Of a stretch of DNA of 50,838 nt, positions 25,320 through 35,831 are shown one piece after another. The translations under genes and the position numbers were made by a program. The notes beneath the pieces are model-generated. The model was not told where the DNA came from. It searched no databases and worked only from the letters and a program-made list of their open reading frames with translations. Numbering within the stretch: position 1 is the stretch's first letter; every line of letters starts with the position of its first letter. The stretch spans positions 57,638,788-57,689,625 of the forward strand of contig NC_068995.1 in NCBI RefSeq assembly GCF_001194135.2. The letters are read 5' to 3'. Origin of the DNA: Octopus bimaculoides (taxonomy: Eukaryota).

Positions 25320-25440
25320 GAGGCGTAATGGCCCAATGGTTAGGGCAGCGGACTCGCGGTCATAGGATCGCCTGTTTCTGTTGTGCCTGTAACTCAAAGG
25401 GTCAGCCTTGTCACACTGTGTCACGATGAATATCCCCGAT
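25319..25440 (+). mobile_element. OR-like tRNA-SINE, internally deleted
   Basis: GGAGGCGTAATGGCCCAATGGTTAGGGCAGCGGACTCGCGGTCATAGGATCGC joined directly to CTGTTTCTGTTGTGCCTGTAACTCAAAGGGTCAGCCTTGTCACAC. Confidence 0.8.
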
Positions 25441-26489
25441 TTGTTGCATGCATATATGCATATGAGTGTATGTAATAAGAAACTCCTGTTTCTGCTGCAT
25501 ATATTGAACTTATTTTGATAGGCAAACAGAAAGCCAATGCTTTCTCCGGCTAAAATATAGAATATAATATTCATAGTTGACAAAAACAATTATTGCTGTT
25601 GGATTTGATATATTTTTATAATAATTAACATTAGCTTGATATTGGAGACAATTCTGCGAAAACAGACACCAAAGTGGAAAATGGTTAAGCAGCGTATTTA
25701 CATTGTCTGCCTCAGAGCATGAACTTGTTTTGTTGTTATTTTATCTCTTTTTCTATTCATATATAATTTAAATATATATTCACACTTATAAATCTGTGTT
25801 GTACATACATGGATATGTATATATATATATATATACACAATTTAAAAATAGGATAAAAAATATATATGTATGTATGTATGTATGCATATGTGTATGTATG
25901 TATGTATGTATGTATGTATGTATGTATGTATGGCATTGTTCAGTTTTATTTCAAGATTTCTTGCCAATAGAGAAAGAGCCGGTTTCTAACCCAGATTCAA
26001 GGCTCCTTCATTGGAATTTCAACAACACTAACAGGGTATTGTTTTATGTATGTATTATTATGCATATAGTTGCATGTCTAGACATGCTCATATATACTTA
26101 AATGGTGTATGTCTGCATGTATGTATGTGAGTGTATATCTATGTACCAACGTATTTTTATGTGTATCTATGTATGTACGTATGGAGGTATGTGTTTATAC
26201 ATTTATTTTCTACCTCTTGCACAAATAGTAAATTATAACAGTTTTATTTGATAAAAAATGAATTTTAAACGAAGTTGGCAATTTGCATTTTACCCGTTAC
26301 CCTAGTTATTACTAAATAATTGAATTAGATTGCTTACAACTATTTCGTGTTAGATGAATAGAAGTTTTTAAACCGTTTGTATTTAATATATTTATAGTGT
26401 TTGACCTTGCCGGTAACTTGGAGAAAGAGACTGAATTTTAAATCTATTATATCATATTATAATATCTTGGTGTCATAGAATGTGTTAAT

Positions 26490-26519
26490 GTCTTGCCGTT
26501 TAGACAATGGAAGGGTTAA
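26490..26519. mobile_element. Possible piggyBac-like right end
   Basis: ...TAGACAATGGAAGGG|TTAA (AGGG plus TTAA signature); no partner end found nearby. Confidence 0.3.
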
Positions 26520-26881
26520 AGGGGGAAGCATTGTTAAGCTGCACTTAGATCATTTGTTGGCTTTAATCCAGTCCTTGATTTGCATATAGCTAGAAACATA
26601 TACACAGAAGCATATATGAATGCACAAATATAATATATACGTTCGTAGATATAATAGGCCGTTTAACATTTAAAATATATTGTCTTGTTAGTGAATATAT
26701 GAGACAGCTCAACAAACGGGCAATGAAATAAAATGACAAGTATAGAGCGCAGTGATTCACGAGTAGGTCTAGTCTGCAAATAAATCTAATAATGTTTTTG
26801 TTATATCATATATGTATATATGTAAATGTGTGTGTGTGTGTGTGAATAAGTGTATATACATGAATTTGTATTATATATGTA

Positions 26882-27409
26882 CAGGGTATTCGGGAAAAAT
26901 TCGACAGTTTGCATAAAAGGAAATAATAAAGCACAATATCCCATCCAAAACTAAAAGTATTTAAAAAGAAATCAACTCGATTTTGGCTGGAAGATAAACG
27001 TTTACTCAAAGCAACCGATCTCAGCTTCCAGGACGGCCTCAAGACGGTTCCAACCACGGCCTCAAGACGGTAAACTTGTCATCCTGCAGCTGGATGGATT
27101 CCAGCGCGCGGCCGCGGCCAGAACGCCTGCTATGTCCCTTCTTGCAAGAAGCGCCTTCGTAGTGTCCGTTGCGGCTCTCCATGTCACGTCTTATGACTTT
27201 CATAGCGTTCATGGAGCATTGCGCAGCAGTCACGATGTCGCCATTTTGACACCCGGCGCCAATGGTCTTCTTGCTGCAGACAACTCTTTTCCAACATACA
27301 GTTGACTTCCAGTCCTCAATGTCAGCTGATCTTTTCTCAAGTACAATCTTAATCTTTATGTTCTCCAACGCAGTTGATGCTTCACCGATCCATCAAACTG
27401 GTCCTGAAG
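26882..27409 (-). mobile_element. Tc1/mariner-superfamily (probably DD37D/maT-type) internal-deletion derivative
   Basis: TA|CAGGGTATTCGGGAAAAATTCGACAG terminal at 26882. Minus-strand C-terminus RLEAVLEAEIGCFE* (stop 27002-27004), cf. RLEAVIEAEGGYFE*. N-terminal segment IGAGCQNGDIVTAAQCSMNAMKVIRRDMESRNGHYEGASCKKGHSRRS...IQLQ joins almost directly to it. Family assignment from memory. Confidence 0.65.
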
Positions 27410-27488
27410 AAAGGAGACAAAATTCGGCAAATTTTGTCTCCTTTTCTATGTGTTTATTTTTATTTGCGTACGATTGTAAACATAATAG

Positions 27489-27537
<49 letters not shown>

Positions 27538-27585
27538 GTTTTTATACACAGTACTTCCATAAGAAATATTCTTTTCTTTTCTACT

Positions 27586-27693
27586 CTAGGAACAAGGTCT
27601 GAAATTTTGGGGGAGGGGCCAGTTGATTTGATCGACACCAGTAGGCAACTGGTACTTAATTTATCGAAATGCAAAGTCGACCTCGGCAGTTCC
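27586..27693 (-). mobile_element. SINE family A, 3' part
   Basis: Plus strand ACAAGGTCTGAAATTTTGGGGGAGGGG...CAACTGGTACTTAATTTATCGA...GCAAAGTCGACCTCGGC. Confidence 0.8.
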
Positions 27694-27889
27694 ATAAGAA
27701 ATATTATCTAAGGATAAGTCTGACGTTGGTAATAGTGGTGGCTGTAGCGACGGCGATTGTGATGGTGGTGGTGATATTGAGGGAGATGATGATGGTGGTC
27801 ACGGTGGCGGCGGTTGTGAAGGTGGTTGTGATGGTGGCGATGGTGTGTTGACTGGGCCCTTCTGGTCAATAAGCAAATGATGATGATGA

Positions 27890-27905
27890 TAAGGATTGAT
27901 GATGG

Positions 27906-27936
<31 letters not shown>

Positions 27937-28020
27937 GAGGAGAAGGAGGAGGAGGAGGATAAATATCGTCGTCGTCGTCATCGTCATCGTCATCATCATC
28001 ATCATTATCATCACCATTAT
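27890..28020. repeat. Compound (GAT)n-(GAG)n-(CGT)n-(CAT)n triplet repeat
   Basis: Read directly. Confidence 0.9.
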
Positions 28021-28356
28021 CGTCAGTATGAGTCGCAGTGTCAAGAACAGGAACATCATCAACATCAACATCAACAGTCGGCTGCCTTGTTGGCCCTTTA
28101 ACTCACGAGTTTACAGAGTAGTCGACTGATCGATCGACCAACGAAGCAACCAACACAACCATTTAAGTGACCATCTAAATGAAAATCCCCACCACCCGCC
28201 TACCCAGGCATCCCACTGGATGCTTGGGGCAATCATCATCCAGCGAAGTCTTCCTCTCCCCTTCCCCTTATTCATGCTACTCCCCCCACTCCCACAACAC
28301 CTGCGACTTACCTTTACCATATTACACACACCTTTTCAGTTTTCTCTTAACTCCTT

Positions 28357-28395
<39 letters not shown>

Positions 28396-30007
28396 ACACA
28401 CACACACACACGCACGAGGACATCCACTCGCAATCGCACGCATCAACGTATGTACGCACACAACCATGCGCATACGCCATCACACACACAAAAGCGCACA
28501 TGTACACAACGACACACACACACACACAAACAATCACGCACACATACATACACATACTTATATCCACGTGTATACGCACATGCACACAACAGCACACACT
28601 TCATCACACACACAATCACACACGCACATATAAACGTATATACACAGCCACGCACATACACCACGCACACACACAAATACTTACCAAAGCATACACATTT
28701 ACAACCACAACCACACACTGAGAAACGAACAGACTAACACACACACACAGTCGCACACTCACACACACTCACAAACGTGCGCGCACACACACACACACAC
28801 ACACACTCACACACACTCACACATACGCACACACACATCTTCCCTTTTATCTTTCTTTGTTTTCCATTTCTTTGTTTCTTCTTTCGTTCGGAACAAGGGA
28901 CCAAACCCAAAGAAAGGGCAAAAAGAAAAAAAAGGGGAAACATAAAAATAAACAAAAGCAACAACAACAAAGGACAGGGCACAAAGAACAACAACAACAA
29001 CAACAAACGTAAACAATTAGAAATAACAACAACACAACATAAAACAACATAAAGAAACCCCTTTTTTTCTCTGCACCTATTGGCTTTTATCCCTTTCAAT
29101 TAGCAAACCAGCCGCTGGAACCCCCACCCCCATCTCTCTCTCTCCCTCTCTTCCCGATTCATCCCCACCATCATCATCACTACTACCACTTCACACATCA
29201 TTCCTCCTCCTCCTCCTCCACCTACTACTACTACTACTAGATATTAATGTGCCGTTTCATTAGCGCCTTGCTCTACAATTATGTTTGTGAATGGACGAGC
29301 ATGTGTGTGTATGTGTGCATGTATGCGTGCATGTATGTGTACATGTATGCGTGTGTGTGTGTGTGTGCGTATGCGCTTTGTTTTTGTGTGCGCATGTGCG
29401 TGCGTTGAGTTTGTGTGTGAGGGTCTGTGTGTATGTATATGAGAGTGGGAGAAAGACAGGTTTGAGTATGCGTGTGTCTTTCAACACAATGTGAACTTTG
29501 ATTGAGCAGAATTAAAGGATTAAAGGTAATCCGGGTAATCTGGCAATGGCCATCCCGTCATTTTTCGGAGTTTATGACTAATATTTTCCAAAGTTTCTTT
29601 TCCTTATCCAAGATCATAGTGTACGAATGGAGGGAGACTGGCTGCTATTTCCAGAAGATCGAGCGACAACAGAGAGCAGTCATGGATAAGAGTTGCGGTT
29701 CACGGGTCTTTCCAGATGTCTCAGCGAAAATTTACTTTGAATATTTTAAGATGTGCAGCCCTCCTGATGATGAGCCACGGGTGTTACCCACCCCCACACT
29801 TCTCTGCCTGACTTGGAAATTCCCTTCTTGACTCGCCTTTCTCCTTGTGTTTGTGTGTGATAGCTGCATGTATATGTGTATGCCTGTGTCTAGTTGCATG
29901 ATGTGTATGCATGCTTGTCTGATTCTGTGTGAATGCGTGTGTGTGTCATGGGCGCTTTCGTGTGTGGATTGTCATCGTCGGTTTTTGCCGATATCCATGT
30001 CTTTTTT

Positions 30008-30212
30008 TAAGTCTGGCACTTACACTTCCGTCCCCTTATACCGAACGGCAATGTTACGAGGACACAAACAAACTAACACCAGTTGTCAAGCGGAGGGATT
30101 GTGACAAACACAGGCACAAAAAGCACGGGCTTCTACACAGTTTTCCTCTACCAAATTCACTCACAAAGCATTGGTCCGTCGCGGGGCTTCTTAACCACAG
30201 TCATAGCCGCAC
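30008..30212 (-). mobile_element. SINE family B (internally deleted) joined to tail T
   Basis: Plus strand TACCGAACGGCAATGTTACGAGGACACAAAC...GTTGTCAAGCGG...GACAAACACAG followed by ACGGGCTTC...TCTACCAAATTCACTCACAAAGCATTGGTC...TTCTTAACCACAGTC. Confidence 0.7.
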
Positions 30213-30357
30213 CTTTGAGAATGACCCTTCGAGCGTTCACGCATGCGCATATGTGCGCGCGTGCTGGTGTCGATGCTTAGCCGTCAGTGTTCACTGAATA
30301 AGGTGTTTGTGTATGAACAGTTTCACATTTTTTGCATGACATTTATCAGAGCATTAA

Positions 30358-30692
30358 GTTGCAGTGAAGGCTCAGTGGTTAGAGCATCGGGCTGACAATG
30401 ATGAGTTAGTGAGTTCGATTCCAGGACTAGGCTGTGTGTTGTGCTCTTGAGCAAGACACTTTATTTCATGTTGCGCCAGTTCACTCAGCTGTAGAAATGA
30501 GGTGCGACATGACTAGCGCCAGGCTGTATCGGCCCCTTTGCTTTTCCCTTGGATAACATCGGTGGCATGGAGAGGGGGAGCTGATATGTATGGGCGACTG
30601 CTGGTCTTTCCATAAGCAATCCTGTCTGGACTTGTGCTTCTGGACTTGTGCAATCCCATGGTCATTCATGATTGAAGGGGGTCTTTACCTTT
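30358..30692 (+). mobile_element. tRNA-SINE with CORE-like domain, family E
   Basis: GGCTCAGTGGTTAGAGCATCGG (A box), GAGTTCGATTCC (B box), TTGTGCTCTTGAGCAAGACACTTTATTTCATGTTGCGCCAGTTCACTCAGCTGTAGAAATGAG, distinct 3' body. Confidence 0.8.
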
Positions 30693-30851
30693 GACTTTAC
30701 TATGGTGCGCTAAACCATACTCACGTGCACATAAACACATACAAGCAGTAGGGGATGAATAACCGAGTCGGGGCCCATGGTAATATGCGTAAAAATATCG
30801 CACGCAAATCACCAAGGAACATAAACCCTCAATATATATTGGGAAGAATAA

Positions 30852-31235
30852 AGCGACGAGCTGGTAGAATCGTTAGCACGTCGGGGGAAAATGGTTGGCC
30901 GCATGTCCTGAGTTCAAATTTCCCCGAAGTCGACTTTGCCCTTCATCGTTTCGGGGTCGATAAAATAAGTACCAGCTGAGCACTGGGATCAATATAACCA
31001 CGTGTGTGTGACTCTGTGTCTGTATTTGTAGCCTCGCCACCGTTTGATAACCGGTGCTGATGTGCTTACGTTCCCGTAACTTAGCGGTTTGAGAAAAAAA
31101 GAGACCGATAGAATAAGTACCAGGCTTTTAAAAAATAAGTACTGTGGTCAATGCGTTCGACTAAAAATTCTTCAAGGCGGTGCTGCCCCAGCATGGCCGC
31201 AGTCTAACGACTGAAACAAGTAAAAGTTAAAAGAT
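30852..31235 (+). mobile_element. Composite SINE: family A head and central domain, (GT)-rich linker, tail T
   Basis: GCGACGAGCTGGTAGAATCGTTAGC...CTTCATCGTTTCGGGGTCGATAAAATAAGTACCAG, linker, then GATAACCGGTGCTG...CCCGTAACTTAGCGG...GAGACCGATAGAATAAGTACCAGG...CAAGGCGGTGCTGCCCCAGCATGGCCGCAGTCTAACGACTGAAACAAGTAAAAG. Confidence 0.85.
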
Positions 31236-31989
31236 ATATTGCGTACCACATTTCCTTTCACGTCCACCCCACCCACCCCTGTTCGATGTGGCGACTTTGG
31301 TTGCCACATTGAAGTTCTTCGAGTGTAGGAATATATGTATGTGTGTGTTTGTGAAGTAGAAGAAAAAGAAGCGAGAAAAAACGAGGAAGAGGAGGCAGAA
31401 GAGGGTTAAAAAGAAGGGAGTAGAAGAGGAGGGAGAGGAGGAAAAGAAGAAAAGTAGAAGAAAAAAGACAAGGGAGAAGAAGGAGGAGTCTTGCCATTAA
31501 AGACATCGACATCACCGTCAAAGAGATAACTTTGGCAACAGCATGTTTTAGATAAAGTTCCAACTCTGCCAGGAAGCGCGATTCTGCGCCCCTGTACAAG
31601 CAAACTCCTCCACAGTTTTAAACAAACAATCAACAAAGTTGGCCACTTGAATACACAGTCTACTCTGAGTGACAGTCGATCAATCACTCACTCACTCATC
31701 CGTCACTATTTCCAATACTTTTATTTGCCAATCGCTATTTGTATTTGTGACAAATAAATAATAGGTCTCCGTGTCTTTGTAGAGTTTAGTGTTTATTTAT
31801 GAATAAAAAAAAAAAAAAAATGAAACGACAAAAAGTCAAGGTTATGCTGGAATACCTACGTCGGATGTTACGTCGTATTTGGAAACATGTCTGCTTTTCT
31901 GTCTACCACTCTTTTTCGTCTCTATGTTGGGGCCCTCCTCCGACATCTCACTCTCTCCTTCTCTTTTCCTCCATATATGGGTATGTCTG

Positions 31990-31990
31990 T

Positions 31991-32056
<66 letters not shown>

Positions 32057-32080
32057 GTCTGTCTGTCTGTCTGTCTGTCT
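31990..32080. repeat. (TATC)n-(TGTC)n tetranucleotide repeat
   Basis: Read directly. Confidence 0.95.
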
Positions 32081-32937
32081 CTTCTCTCTTTCTCCATCTC
32101 TCTTTCTCCGTCTCTCTTTCTGTACAAATACACACACGCACGCACACACGCTCGCGCGCACATTTGTTCTTTCCGTTTGGTTTGCAGGTTTCTAAATGTG
32201 AACTCGTGTTTCAATATATTCTGCTGTATTACGGGTGGGTCACTAAGCCATTAGTAAACACACTCACTGGTTTTCTCTTACTTATTTGTTTTTTCATTTG
32301 TCAATCGGTTGACTATTCAACCAATTAACTAATCGATTGTTTGATTAATCGCTCGGTCAATCAATCAGTTTCTCAAAGACTCTTCGTCGTCATTCACGAC
32401 TCCAATGACATCCTTTCTACTCCGGTTCTGCTTCTGGTCTATCTCATCACCCTCTCTCTTTCTCTCACTCTCTCCCTATGTATGTATACATACGTGTGTG
32501 TGTGTGTATATATATATATATATNNNNNNNNNNNNNNNNNNNNNNNNNNNNNNNNNNNNNNNNNNNNNNNNNNNNNNNNNNNNNNNNNNNNNNNNNNNNN
32601 NNNNNNNNNNNNNNNNNNNNNNNNNNNNNNNNNNNNNNNNNNNNNNNNNNNNNNNNNNNNNNNNNNNNNNNNNNNNNNNNNNNNNNNNNNNNNNNNNNNN
32701 NNNNNNNNNNNNNNNNNNNNNNNNNNNNNNNNNNNNNNNNNNNNNNNNNNNNNNNNNNNNNNNNNNNNNNNNNNNNNNNNNNNNNNNNNNNNNNNNNNNN
32801 NNNNNNNNNNNNNNNNNNNNNNNNNNNNNNNNNNNNNNNNNNNNNNNNNNNNNNNNNNNNNNNNNNNNNNNNNNNNNNNNNNNNNNNNNNNNNNNNNNNN
32901 NNNNNNNNNNNNNNNNNNNNNNNTATATATATGTGTG

Positions 32938-32968
<31 letters not shown>

Positions 32969-32980
32969 ATATGTTTGTGT

Positions 32981-33180
32981 GTTTGTCCCCCTCAACATCG
33001 CTTGACAACCGATGCTGGTGTGTTTACGTCCCCGTAACTTAGCGGTTCGGCAAAAGAGCCCGATAGAATAAGTACTAGGCTTCCAAAGAATAAGCCCTGA
33101 GGTCGATTTGCTCGACTAAAGGCGGTGCTCCAGCATGGCCACAGTCAAATGACTGAAACAGGTAAATGAGTAAATGAGTA
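32981..33180 (+). mobile_element. SINE tail T (well preserved; 5' part probably in the gap)
   Basis: GTTTGTCCCCCTCAACATCGCTTGACAACCGATGCTGGTGTGTTTACGTCCCCGTAACTTAGCGGTTCGGCAAAAGAG...GGCGGTGCTCCAGCATGGCCACAGTCAAATGACTGAAACAGG. Confidence 0.9.
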
Positions 33181-34045
33181 TATATATATAGAGAGAGAGA
33201 TAGATAGATAGATAGATAGATAGACATAGCGATAGATTGATATATAGAAAACTAATTAGACAGATTCGCGCATACACACACGTACACTTATATACATACA
33301 CACACAAACACGTACACACACACATACACCACATAATTCTCTGTATATTTCATCATACCTCCGAATCTTCTGCATCTCCCCACCTGCATCACAAATAACA
33401 TAAGTTACCCCAGCCACCCACCCACCTAACCATCCATCCAAACCATCAACCAACCAACCAACCAGCCAACCAGCAAAGAAACAATATCACTATCGCCTAC
33501 ACACACACACACACACGCAACGGTATCATTAACCTCCAGTGGTAGCCTATCATAAAACAAACGTGCCTTTCAATATGGCGCCAGAACGTGTTGTTCGTAA
33601 GCTGTTGACGTGGCTGGGAGTGGTGTTGGTGTACACGGTTGGTGACGACAGATCAATGACATCAGGGTAGCGGTAGGTAAGAGGATATCCGGATGGCATG
33701 AACAGATCTGGCACCAGATGGTGTCTTTCTATCAGTTTCATTTCGGCATAACATCCTCGACATTTCAACCGCTAGCACCGCTACTACCACATCCAATACC
33801 ACCACCAGCACCACCACCACCACCACCACCGNNNNNNNNNNNNNNNNNNNNNNNNNNNNNNNNNNNNNNNNNNNNNNNNNNNNNNNNNNNNNNNNNNNNN
33901 NNNNNNNNNNNNNNNNNNNNNGCCACTCTCAATGCATCCAAGATTACTACTACGGCGACGACGACGACGACGACAGCCGACGAAAGCCAAAACATCTGAC
34001 TCCGAAACTCAATCACTATTTCTTTCTTTCTTCGCACACATATAC

Positions 34046-34089
<44 letters not shown>

Positions 34090-34269
34090 GTGTGTGTGTG
34101 TGTGTATGTATATATGTATATATATATATGTATGTATGTATGTGCATTTGTGTGTGCACGTACATGTGTGAGTGTGCGTGCGTGCGCCTTTGTGTGTTTG
34201 CAAACACACCCTTTCATATTTAAAATATTTTTCAACTTTTACTATCACTATTGAAAGTGAGAATGCTTC

Positions 34270-34323
<54 letters not shown>

Positions 34324-34678
34324 GTGTGTGTGTGTATGTATGCATGTGTATAGACATAAATAGTTCACATTTATATATTTATACATACACTCACACACGC
34401 ACACACGCACCCACCCCTCAACAACCCCCGACTCATCTGAGCCCCTCTTCCTCCTGCCTTTTGCTGACTTCCTCCTCTTCACACCAACCACTTCTACCCT
34501 TTCTTCTCTTCTCTTCTCCATAAACCTTTACACCTCCTACTCCCACACCTCCTCTCCTCTCACTCCTCTTCTCATTTACCTTCATTACTCTCTACTTCTC
34601 CCTCGTTGCATTCGTTTTTCTGCTTTCTCTTCCCCCTTTATTCACTTCATTGTCCAGGGTCCCTTCAACATATGTATG

Positions 34679-34741
<63 letters not shown>

Positions 34742-34790
34742 ACAAAAACTTCTGCAAACTTTGTTTGTTTGTTTTTTTTTACTTCTTTTT

Positions 34791-34972
34791 TTTTCTTGTT
34801 TCAGTCATTGCACTGCGGCCATGCTAGAGCACTGCCTTCAAAGGTTTAGTTGAACAAATCAAATACTTCTTTTTTTCCCAAAATCTGGTATCTGTGTTAT
34901 TGATCTCTTTTGCCGAACCATCAGGATACGGGGACGTAGACAAACCAACACTGGTTCTCGAGCAGTTGTGGG
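34791..34972 (-). mobile_element. SINE tail T, reverse orientation
   Basis: Plus strand CTTGTTTCAGTCATTGCACTGCGGCCATGCTAGAGCACTGCC...TTTTGCCGAACC...ACGGGGACGTAGAC. Confidence 0.85.
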
Positions 34973-34984
34973 ATGAATGCATCA

Positions 34985-35205
34985 CGAACACAAAAAAACA
35001 CACACATACATAGTGAGAATTTACAAAAATACAAAAGACGAAGACGGGTGTGGAAACAACGAACCGATGTATTAGTTTAACGCTCGGGAAGTGAGAAAGT
35101 CTTTTACGTTTCGAGCCTACGCTCTTCACCAGAAAGGAACACAGAAAGAAACAGGGAGACAAACTAGATAAAGGTTTAGTGGCTAGCGATCTATCATGGC
35201 GAATC
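34985..35205 (-). mobile_element. Penelope-like element terminal (pLTR-like) fragment
   Basis: Carries a minimal hammerhead motif followed by GACTTTCTCACTTCCCGAGCGTTAAACTAATACATC on the minus strand; hammerheads of this type are established features of Penelope-like elements. Boundaries approximate. Confidence 0.55.
35101..35136 (-). ncRNA. Minimal type-I hammerhead ribozyme motif (core variant CUGGUGA)
   Basis: Minus strand 5'-CTTT CTGGTGA A GAGC GTAG GCTC GAAAC GTA AAAG-3': stem I CTTT/AAAG, extra A after A9, stem II GAGC/GCTC with GTAG loop, GAAA, palindromic AC-GT stem III, GUA cleavage triplet. Confidence 0.7.
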
Positions 35206-35227
35206 ATATATAAATACACACACACAT

Positions 35228-35262
<35 letters not shown>

Positions 35263-35264
35263 CG

Positions 35265-35428
35265 TACGACGGTTATTTTTCAATTTACGTTTATCAATCC
35301 ACTCAGAAAGCTTTAGTCGGTCAGAGGCTGTAGTAGGAGACACTTTCGAAGGTGCCGCGGAGTGGGACTGAACCGAAGACCACGTGGTTGAGAAGCAAGT
35401 TTCTTAAGCACACAGTCACGCATGCGTC
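35265..35428 (-). mobile_element. SINE family B head plus CORE-like domain
   Basis: Plus strand TACGACGG...ATCCACTCAGAAAGCTTTAGTCGG...GACACTTTCGAAGGTGCCGCGGAGTGGGACTGAACC...CACGTGGTTGAGAAGCAAGTTTCTTAAGCACACAGTCACGC. Confidence 0.85.
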
Positions 35429-35718
35429 TATTCTTAACCATGCAGACACGCCAGGGCCTATTTTAGGAGCCCTTTTTNNNNNNNNNNNNNNNNNNNNNNN
35501 NNNNNNNNNNNNNNNNNNNNNNNNNNNNNNNNNNNNNNNNNTTTGTATTTATCCAATCAGAAAAATATGTAAGTTTGAAGCCAAAAAAGGCAAAGACTTG
35601 AAACTACTATTTCAGAATTTCAGAATGCCGTAGACTTAAGGAATAATCTTTATTATATTTTAGTTGTGCCGAACCGTTAATTTACAGGTGGAGTGGAGGC
35701 GTATATACATGGGGACGT

Positions 35719-35822
35719 ATGTTGAAAGCACCGGTTTTTGTCCGATCACCGAGGGTTAAGCAACATCGAACCAAGTTAATACTTTGCTGGGCGACCGCTT
35801 GGGAAACATAAGTGCTGCAAGC
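35719..35822 (+). pseudogene. 5S rRNA-derived sequence (approx. nt 16-118 of 5S), decayed
   Basis: ATGTTGAAAGCACCGGTTTTTGTCCGATCACCGAGGGTTAAGCAACATCGAACCAAGTTAATACTTTGCTGGGCGACCGCTTGGGAAACATAAGTGCTGCAAGC aligns co-linearly by eye to invertebrate 5S (ACGTTGAAAGCACCGGTTCTCGTCCGATCACCGAAGTTAAGCAACGTCGAGCC..GTTAGTACTTGGATGGGTGACCGCCTGGGAATACC.GGTGCTGTAAGC). Box A and box C recognisable but mutated. Confidence 0.9.
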
Positions 35823-35831
35823 GTCTCACTT

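Noticed and set aside
27877-28101. D/E/H/Q-rich 74-aa ORF
   Set aside because: Mostly generated by compound triplet repeats; two other frames are equally open; no splice or homology support.
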